The notes under the pieces were generated by a model. That model ran no database searches. It saw only the letters and a program-made list of their open reading frames with translations, and was not told where the DNA came from. A stretch of DNA of 64,000 nt, from contig JAKUTY010000001.1 of the NCBI GenBank assembly GCA_022447825.1, positions 4,599-68,598 of the forward strand, in the 5' to 3' direction. The DNA is from SAR202 cluster bacterium. Lineage in GTDB: Bacteria; Chloroflexota; Dehalococcoidia; Lucifugimonadales; UBA826. Positions 57,752 to 64,000 of this stretch are shown here, piece after piece. The position numbers and the translations under genes were made by a program. How positions within the stretch are numbered: the stretch's first letter is position 1; each line of letters opens with the position of its first letter.

Positions 57752-58859
57752 TTATGAATTTTTATTGCCAACTAAATAAGTCAAATATGATTTAATAAAG
57801 TCGTTAATCTCACCATTTAAAACTGCTTCTGTTTTTGATGTCTCAATTCCTGTTCTATGATCCTTAACCATTTGATAAGGATGTAAAACATAACTTCTAA
57901 TTTGATTACCCCATTCAGCCGATATATGTTTACCTTTCAGTTCATTAATTTTTTCATTTTGTTTTTGTTGTTCTAAATCTAACAATCGAGACATTAAAAT
58001 TCTCATGGCAATTTCTTTATTTTGTCTCTGAGAGCGTTCATTTTGACAGACAACAACAATCCCTGAAGGTACATGAGTGATCCTGATAGCTGTAGAATTT
58101 TTTTGTACATTTTGACCTCCATGACCTCCCGCTCTAAACACATCAATTTTTAAATCATCATCGTTTAAATCCACTTCTACACTTTGATCTACTTGCGGTA
58201 AAACTTCTACTAAAGCAAAAGATGTATGTCTCGCGTGATCATTATCAAAAGGAGAAATCCTTACCAATCTATGTACTCCTTTTTCTGATTTTAAATTACC
58301 GTATACATAATCACCATTAATTTGTAAAACTACACTTTTGACTCCAGATTCTTCTCCATAAGACACATCTAAAATTTGAGGATCAGATCCATTATGATCA
58401 CTCCAACGGGTATACATCCTCAAAAGCATTGATGCCCAATCTTGAGAGTCGACTCCACCTGCTCCAGCATGAATTGCCAAAATAGCACCACCTGAATCGT
58501 ATTGTCCTGAAAAATTTAACCTAAAAGAAAGAGTATCTAAAGTGTTTTGAATTTCATTGGTTTCACTCAAAACTTCTTGGAAAATTTCAGGGTCATGATC
58601 TAATTCTATTAGATCAAGCATTTCAATGGCTAATTCAATTTTAGAATCTAAAGATTCCCAATCTTCGACAGTCTTATTCAAATTAGACAATTTCTTCATA
58701 GTTGCTTGAGCCTGAACAGAATCATTCCAAAAATCTACTGCAGAAACTAAATTTTCCATTTCCTGTATTCTGATAACCATTCCAGAAATGTCAAAGACGC
58801 ACCTTGAGTTCTTTAACCTGATTTTTAATTTCTAAAAGTACATGCCTAGAATCTTGCAT
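57752..58859 (-). CDS. prfB: Peptide chain release factor 2, with programmed +1 ribosomal frameshift at CTT TGA C (58790-58796)
   Basis: The zero frame MQDSRHVLLEIKNQVKELKVRL ends at TGA. The +1 frame continues DISGMVIRIQEM.... An SD-like AAGGTG lies 3 nt before CTT. SPF and GGQ motifs are present. Confidence 0.95.
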
Positions 58860-58909
58860 AATCTCCTCACAACTGTCATAGAACCTAATTATATCAATTT
58901 AAAAATTTA

Positions 58910-61348
58910 TTAATTCGCAAATAATGGATTTACATCAACTGACCAATCTTTTGAAATTTTCATTGAATCAGTCTGCTCTCTGAACCCTATAGTGTCCAAC
59001 AAACGTTCAGGTTGATGTCCTCTCAGTAAAATCTGCCATCTATAGTGACCCTTGATCCTAGAAGGAAATGCTGGAGTAGGACCTATTAGATCTGTATCAT
59101 GGAATCCCCATTCTATTTGTTGAGATTTTAATAACTTAAATAAAGAAAAAGCTGCACGTTCACATGAAGAATTGTTTGTATCGTGTTTAATTAATCTAAT
59201 AATTTTACTATACGGTGGATACATAAAAGACTTTCTATAATTTAATTCTTTCATATAAAAACGTTCATAATTTTGTTGTGACGAAGTCTCAATTGCGTAA
59301 TGCTCAGGTTGATATGTTTGAATTATGACTTTACCAGGGTTCTTTCCTCTACCTGATCTGCCTGCAACCTGACACAACATCTGAAAAACTTTTTCACCTG
59401 ATCTAAAGTCAGGCAATCCTAAACCTACATCCGCATTTATCACACCTACAAGAGTAACTCCTGGAATATGATGCCCCTTTGCTATAACTTGAGTTCCAAT
59501 GAGAACTTTTGCTTCGCCATTAGAAAAAGAATCTAAAATTTTTTGGTATTCTCTATAATTTCTCGTTATATCACTATCCCATCTAACATAATTCACACTT
59601 GGAAATAATTGTTTAAATTGATCCTCAACTAACTGAGTCCCTATTCCATACTTGCCAATAGATGTTCCTTTACAGTTAGGACAAATTGAAAAAGATTTTC
59701 TTACTAAACCGCAATAATGACATTTTAAAAAATCAGAATCCGAATGATAGGTCAAAGTTTTATCACAACTAGAACAATTAAAAACATGTCCACAACTTTG
59801 GCATTGAATTAAAGAAAAAGTTCCACGTCTATTAACAAATAATATTATTTGTTCATTTTTTGCGATTTTTTCTTGCATTTGAAGAAATAAATTATTACTA
59901 AAAATCCCGTGGTTTCCATTTTTAAGCTCTTCTTTCATGTCAACCACTTCGACATCGGCTAATTTCGATTGATAGGAATTGTTAACTAAATCAAATCTAT
60001 GATTTAATTTAGTTAATTTATATCGCCCTCTATCAGCTCTAAAATAAGTTTCTACATCAGGGGATGCCGATCCCAAAACAACACATAAATTCAATCTAGC
60101 TGCCATTTGCATCGCAACATCTTTCACTTGATATTTTGGACTTAAATTTGATTCCTTATAACTTGAATCATGTTCTTCATCTATAACAAGTAATCCCAAA
60201 TTTGGCATAGGAGCAAATAAGGCGCTCCTAGACCCAATCACTATCTTATAATCACCATTTTTGATTCTCCACCACTCATCAAATTTTTCAGCCTGAGTCA
60301 ATCCACTGTGAATTACACCAATTTGATTTGGGAAATGTTCTTGAAATCTTTTAATAGCTTGGGAAGTCAGAGATATCTCAGGCACGAGAATAATTGCATT
60401 TTTATTCAAATCCAAACAATGTCTAACAGATTCAATATAAACTTCGGTTTTACCGCTTCCTGTAACACCATGAACTAATATTGCTTTAGGTACTTGTTGA
60501 GGATGGTCTAACATTTCACAAATTTGATTTACAGCAATAGTTTGCTCAGAAGATAAGTCTACTGGATCTTTCTTCTCAAATTCTTGGCCAATTAAAGGAT
60601 TCCTATATTCCCTTTTATCAACCAATTCGATCAGTTCATGCTCTATTAATTTATTAATTGAATAAGGTCCATATTTTTTCCTAAAAATAGAAATCGAAGA
60701 ACTTTCCGTACTATTTTCGATTTCTTTTAAAGCCTTTAATTGATTATTGTGAATTTGATTTTCTAATATAGTTTGAATACCTAAAGAAGTAATTTTAGGA
60801 ACTTGAATGTATTTTGCCTTAAGCGAGCTTCTATTAAGTTCCTGAGATTTAATAAGAATTTTTTTTGAGAGCATAGAATTAATAGAATAATTAACTTTAT
60901 TCCCAAATTTTCTAACTAGTTGATCTTGGCGAATTCTTTCTTCTGAAATAAATTCAGCAGCAATTTTTTTTTGAATATCGCTTACAGGCTTAAAAAGAGA
61001 ATCTTGATTAATTGTTAACCAATTGATATATCTTTTATGAGATCCTGGAGGCAGCATCAACACAGCAGAATTAAACAAATTTGAAAAATAAAATTTGCTC
61101 ATCCACTCTACAATTTTTAGTCTTTCTTCGTCTATCAATATTTCAGGATCAGTTAATTCTATTACCTCTCGAGTTTTTTCAACTAAAGAAGTGTCTGAAA
61201 TTTTAAAAACTATTCCTTGTAAAACTTGTGATCCAAATGGAACCATCACACAATTACCAGGCAAAACCATTAATCCTGAAGGGATTTCATAAGAAAAAAG
61301 CCTAGAGTGTCCCAATGGAGCATCTACTGCAATTTCAGCAAATTTCAA
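58910..61348 (-). CDS. priA: Primosomal protein N' (replication restart helicase PriA)
   Basis: Walker A GVTGSGKTEVY, DEEH box and a Cys-rich zinc-binding insert (CQSCGHVFNCSSCD...CHYCG...CPNC). TTG start follows GAGGTGG. Confidence 0.95.
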   Translation of the reverse strand: MKFAEIAVDAPLGHSRLFSYEIPSGLMVLPGNCVMVPFGSQVLQGIVFKISDTSLVEKTREVIELTDPEILIDEERLKIVEWMSKFYFSNLFNSAVLMLPPGSHKRYINWLTINQDSLFKPVSDIQKKIAAEFISEERIRQDQLVRKFGNKVNYSINSMLSKKILIKSQELNRSSLKAKYIQVPKITSLGIQTILENQIHNNQLKALKEIENSTESSSISIFRKKYGPYSINKLIEHELIELVDKREYRNPLIGQEFEKKDPVDLSSEQTIAVNQICEMLDHPQQVPKAILVHGVTGSGKTEVYIESVRHCLDLNKNAIILVPEISLTSQAIKRFQEHFPNQIGVIHSGLTQAEKFDEWWRIKNGDYKIVIGSRSALFAPMPNLGLLVIDEEHDSSYKESNLSPKYQVKDVAMQMAARLNLCVVLGSASPDVETYFRADRGRYKLTKLNHRFDLVNNSYQSKLADVEVVDMKEELKNGNHGIFSNNLFLQMQEKIAKNEQIILFVNRRGTFSLIQCQSCGHVFNCSSCDKTLTYHSDSDFLKCHYCGLVRKSFSICPNCKGTSIGKYGIGTQLVEDQFKQLFPSVNYVRWDSDITRNYREYQKILDSFSNGEAKVLIGTQVIAKGHHIPGVTLVGVINADVGLGLPDFRSGEKVFQMLCQVAGRSGRGKNPGKVIIQTYQPEHYAIETSSQQNYERFYMKELNYRKSFMYPPYSKIIRLIKHDTNNSSCERAAFSLFKLLKSQQIEWGFHDTDLIGPTPAFPSRIKGHYRWQILLRGHQPERLLDTIGFREQTDSMKISKDWSVDVNPLFAN

Positions 61349-61379
61349 AAACCACCTCTCTTATCTAAGAGGTAAATAA

Positions 61380-61724
61380 TTAACTTCTTCTAGCCTCTTT
61401 TATCCTAGCTGCTTTACCAGAAAGTCCTCTCAAATAATATAATCGAGATCTTCTAACCTTTCCTCTGGTAATTACTTTGACAGAATCTACATTCGGAGAT
61501 GAAATGAAAAATGTTCTTTCCACACCCACCTGATTTGCAATCCTTCTAACAGTAAATGTTTCACCTCTACCATTACCTCGTCTTCTAATCACTACACCTT
61601 CAAATCCTTGATTTCGTACTCTATCACCTTCTACAACACGAACGTTTACGCGAACGGTATCTCCAGAATTAAATTCTTCAATTTGTTCGTTTTTAACAAC
61701 AGGGATAAGTTTGTGAGCGTCCAT
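61380..61724 (-). CDS. rplS: 50S ribosomal protein L19
   Basis: [33 protein letters not shown] is typical of bL19. Confidence 0.97.
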   Translation of the reverse strand: MDAHKLIPVVKNEQIEEFNSGDTVRVNVRVVEGDRVRNQGFEGVVIRRRGNGRGETFTVRRIANQVGVERTFFISSPNVDSVKVITRGKVRRSRLYYLRGLSGKAARIKEARRS

Positions 61725-61845
61725 TACTATTCCATTTAATCAATTTTTAATACAGGATGTAAATTCTACTTCCGAATTATTTTCATGGCAATAGTTTGTT
61801 ATACAATAAGGCATATAAATTTAAATAAGAGTAAAGAGGGAATAC

Positions 61846-62025
61846 ATGCCTTTTAGATTTGGTCCCATGGAACTAATAATAGTTTTGGTAGTCGTATTGA
61901 TTATTTTTGGAGTAGGTCGATTACCTGAAATTGGTGGAGCAATGGGTAAAGCCATAAAAGAATTCAGGTCCAGTCAAGATAAAAGTGTCGACGAGCAATT
62001 GGCTCAATCTGAAAAAGAAAAATAA
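61846..62025 (+). CDS. tatA: Twin-arginine translocase subunit TatA/E (59 aa, below the ORF-track cutoff)
   Basis: Reads [41 protein letters not shown].... GAGGG SD lies upstream. The stop is 3 nt from the convergent tatC stop. Confidence 0.8.
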   Translation: MPFRFGPMELIIVLVVVLIIFGVGRLPEIGGAMGKAIKEFRSSQDKSVDEQLAQSEKEK

Positions 62026-62028
62026 ATT

Positions 62029-62763
62029 TTATTTATCTCTTTTTTTAAGTTTTGAACCGATTTTTGAAAGTAATATTCCGAATTCAAACAAAACAATAAT
62101 TGGAATAGCTACTAATGCTTGATTAATAGGGTCAAGAGTAGGTGTGATTAAAGCACCTAGAATAAACGCTAAAACTACCGCCCATCTTCTGTTCCTAGAC
62201 AAAAACTTCGGTGTTACGACCCCAATTCTAGATAAAAAAAACAACGCTATGGGAATTTCAAATACTATCCCCATCCAAAACAGTAAAGAAATCATTAAAT
62301 TGACATAATTTCCAATTCGTATCATAGGTGTAGCAATATCAGTTCCAAAAGAAATTAAAAATTGAACAGCTGGTGGAAATAAAATGTAGTACCCAAAGGA
62401 TGCACCAGTTGCAAATACAATCATGCTAATGGGCAAAAATATATACAAATATTTTTTTTCAGTTCTATTGAGGCCCGGTGAAACAAACATCACAATGTGC
62501 CAAATAATAAATGGCATAGACATAAAAAAACCCACCATCAATGAGACTTTCATGGCGATACCTAAAAATTCAGTCAAATCTGTATAAACTGGTTTTTCAT
62601 TTGGCATTCCGGGGAATCCACTAGCAGGACCCATTAACATAGATAAAATTTGTTGATGAAAAACAAAACAAATCACAGACACTACCATTAGAACAATAGC
62701 AGACCAAGTAAGTCTTTTCCTGAGTTCAGAAAGATGTTGAGATAATGTTGCTTCATTATTCAT
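62029..62763 (-). CDS. tatC: Twin-arginine translocase subunit TatC
   Basis: Six-TM TatC pattern (HLSELRKRL, FPPAVQFL, LITPTLDPINQ). Confidence 0.95.
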   Translation of the reverse strand: MNNEATLSQHLSELRKRLTWSAIVLMVVSVICFVFHQQILSMLMGPASGFPGMPNEKPVYTDLTEFLGIAMKVSLMVGFFMSMPFIIWHIVMFVSPGLNRTEKKYLYIFLPISMIVFATGASFGYYILFPPAVQFLISFGTDIATPMIRIGNYVNLMISLLFWMGIVFEIPIALFFLSRIGVVTPKFLSRNRRWAVVLAFILGALITPTLDPINQALVAIPIIVLFEFGILLSKIGSKLKKRDK

Positions 62764-63028
62764 TAGAGTTTTCCGTGTTGGTTAAATCTTGCTTCAAATC
62801 TTGACTAAATTCAACTGAAGAACTTGGGGACTTCTCATTCATATTATCCTTGGGAGATATTTTTGAAATTTCATCAAGATCCATGTGAGGAATAGATTTG
62901 GCCACACCTCTAAGTTGCCCAACTAAATCTCCTAAAAATCTTGCAGCCTCAATCATTTTTTGTGGGCCCAACACAATAAAACCAATCAATAAAATTACTA
63001 AAATTTCCAATGATCCCATTCCTAGCAT
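62756..63028 (-). CDS. TatA/TatB-family translocase subunit (TatB-like)
   Basis: Has GSLEILVILLIGFIVLGPQKM followed by an amphipathic helix. Overlaps the tatC start by 8 nt. Confidence 0.75.
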   Translation of the reverse strand: MLGMGSLEILVILLIGFIVLGPQKMIEAARFLGDLVGQLRGVAKSIPHMDLDEISKISPKDNMNEKSPSSSVEFSQDLKQDLTNTENSNE

Positions 63029-63037
63029 CTTAAATCC

Positions 63038-63664
63038 TCATATCAATTCACAGTTTGTGCATTTTTTAAAATCATTAATTTGTTCTATTTGAATTTTAAT
63101 ATTAAATTGATCTAAACATTTAGCAATTTTACATACAGGAAACCCGACCACAGAAGGGTAACAACCTGAAATACTTTCTACAGGATTAAATCTATCAGAT
63201 TGAATTGCATAAGACCCAGCTTTATCAGCATATTCTCCAGACTCAATATATTGAAAGATTTCTTCAGATGAAAAATCTCGCATATTAACAATTGTCTTTT
63301 CAAAATCTGTAATTACTTTTTTTGAACCCATAGAAATCAAACAAATTCCAGTATAAACCTCATGAGATTTATTTCTTAAAGACTTCAACATTAGTAATGC
63401 ATCATCACTATCAACTGGTTTCAAATAAAATTTAGATTGATACACAACTACAGTATCGGATCCAATAATTAAAGAATCATTATCAACTCTTGATGCAACA
63501 CTCAAAGATTTCAGAAGAGACATTCGAATCACATATTCCATAGGAGATTCGAAATTTAGTGGATGCCTTTCAATGAAATGAGGACTAATAAAATCACAAT
63601 CTAACCCTATGGTTTTAATTAATTCTCTTCTACGAGGAGATGAAGAAGCCAAAATTAGTTTCAT
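63038..63664 (-). CDS. maf: Maf-like nucleoside triphosphate pyrophosphatase with a Cys-rich C-terminal extension
   Basis: Motifs MKLILASSSPRRRELI, GSDTVV and KAGSYAIQ. Confidence 0.9.
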   Translation of the reverse strand: MKLILASSSPRRRELIKTIGLDCDFISPHFIERHPLNFESPMEYVIRMSLLKSLSVASRVDNDSLIIGSDTVVVYQSKFYLKPVDSDDALLMLKSLRNKSHEVYTGICLISMGSKKVITDFEKTIVNMRDFSSEEIFQYIESGEYADKAGSYAIQSDRFNPVESISGCYPSVVGFPVCKIAKCLDQFNIKIQIEQINDFKKCTNCELI

Positions 63665-63668
63665 GAAA

Positions 63669-64000
63669 TTATTTGATCTCTAAAATAGATATTGTTTCAA
63701 CATGAAAAGTTTGAGGAAACATATCAATAGGTTGAATATTCATGATTTGATATCCCCCAGCCATTAAGAGATTTAAATCTCTTGCTAAGCTTTCAGGATC
63801 ACAAGAAACATATGCCAATTTATGAGGTTTTTTGATTAGTATCGAATTAATTACATCAGGATGGCATCCTAATCTAGGAGGATCAAGAATAAGTGAGTCT
63901 ATTTTTTCATCAATTAAAGGTAATACATTTTCTGTTTTACCCAATAAAAACTCTAAATTATCTATCCTATTCTCACATTCTAAATAATCATCTACAGCTG
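63669..64000 (-). CDS. RumA/TrmA-type SAM-dependent RNA (uracil-5-)-methyltransferase, C-terminal part (5' end beyond the window)
   Basis: Frame is open to nt 64000. Motifs DPPRLG and AYVSCDPESLARDL, with the C-terminal pattern PIDMFPQTFHVETI. Confidence 0.8.
   Translation of the reverse strand, partial: AVDDYLECENRIDNLEFLLGKTENVLPLIDEKIDSLILDPPRLGCHPDVINSILIKKPHKLAYVSCDPESLARDLNLLMAGGYQIMNIQPIDMFPQTFHVETISILEIK

Noticed and set aside
61349-61379. Short hairpin ACCTCT-N8-AGAGGT between rplS and priA as a terminator
   Set aside because: It has only a 6-bp stem and no U-tract, and it overlaps the priA SD. At most it is a translational-coupling element, and there is not enough evidence to call it a feature.
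1-64000. CRISPR arrays, IS elements, prophage or defence-system cassettes
   Set aside because: No regularly spaced direct repeats, no transposase/integrase-like ORFs and no large unexplained intergenic blocks are present. Every gap longer than about 120 nt was read on both strands. Each is explained by a small gene (oadG-like, tatA), a recoded gene extension, or promoter/terminator regions.

Overview
AT-rich (about one-third G+C by eye), tightly packed chromosomal segment from a streamlined bacterium. Many genes overlap by 1-4 nt at start/stop junctions. I saw no rRNA, CRISPR array, transposase, integrase or prophage signature, so this is core-genome sequence and not an accessory island. The gene content points to a Terrabacteria lineage such as marine Chloroflexota or Actinomycetota; this is inference. 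The supporting genes are a PAC2-family protein, an LLM/F420-type oxidoreductase, a giant DUF2298 membrane protein, stand-alone rpoB-rpoC, an 11-gene nuo operon without nuoEFG, and a GAAC-N4-GTTC operator. Gene order: RNase R tail, tRNA-Pro(UGG), larB, a GH88/105-like protein, an LLM oxidoreductase, an ASST-family protein plus a two-domain rhodanese, the DUF2298 protein, and rpoB-rpoC. Next come a Na+-decarboxylase membrane module (oadG-like, beta subunit, biotin carrier) with a gamma-carbonic-anhydrase-like gene, then tatD, a peptide-type SBP, sufBCD-sufU-sufS-sufU', yjbQ and a polyprenyl synthase. These are followed by nuoABCDHIJK-(small ORF)-LMN, nadK, a Nudix hydrolase, an M20 peptidase, PAC2, an alpha/beta hydrolase, an SDR, glmU and a CorC/CNNM protein. 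The window ends with two collagen-like lipoproteins, a 5'-3' exonuclease, oppCB plus an SBP, prfB, priA, rplS, tatA / tatC-tatB-like, maf and a RumA-like methyltransferase tail. The most notable observations are: (1) the rhodanese has an in-frame TGA exactly at the catalytic-Cys position, followed by a GC-rich hairpin and 42 more conserved codons, which makes it a candidate selenoprotein; (2) prfB carries the classical CTT TGA C +1 frameshift, showing that UGA is a genuine stop in this organism; (3) a second in-frame TGA sits at a Gly position of a Gly-X-Y repeat lipoprotein; (4) a near-consensus promoter holds a Cheo/LexA-type box in its spacer, upstream of an unknown 82-aa ORF; (5) a DUF2007-like ORF is embedded between nuoK and nuoL; (6) larB and an oadG-like gene appear to need non-canonical start codons.
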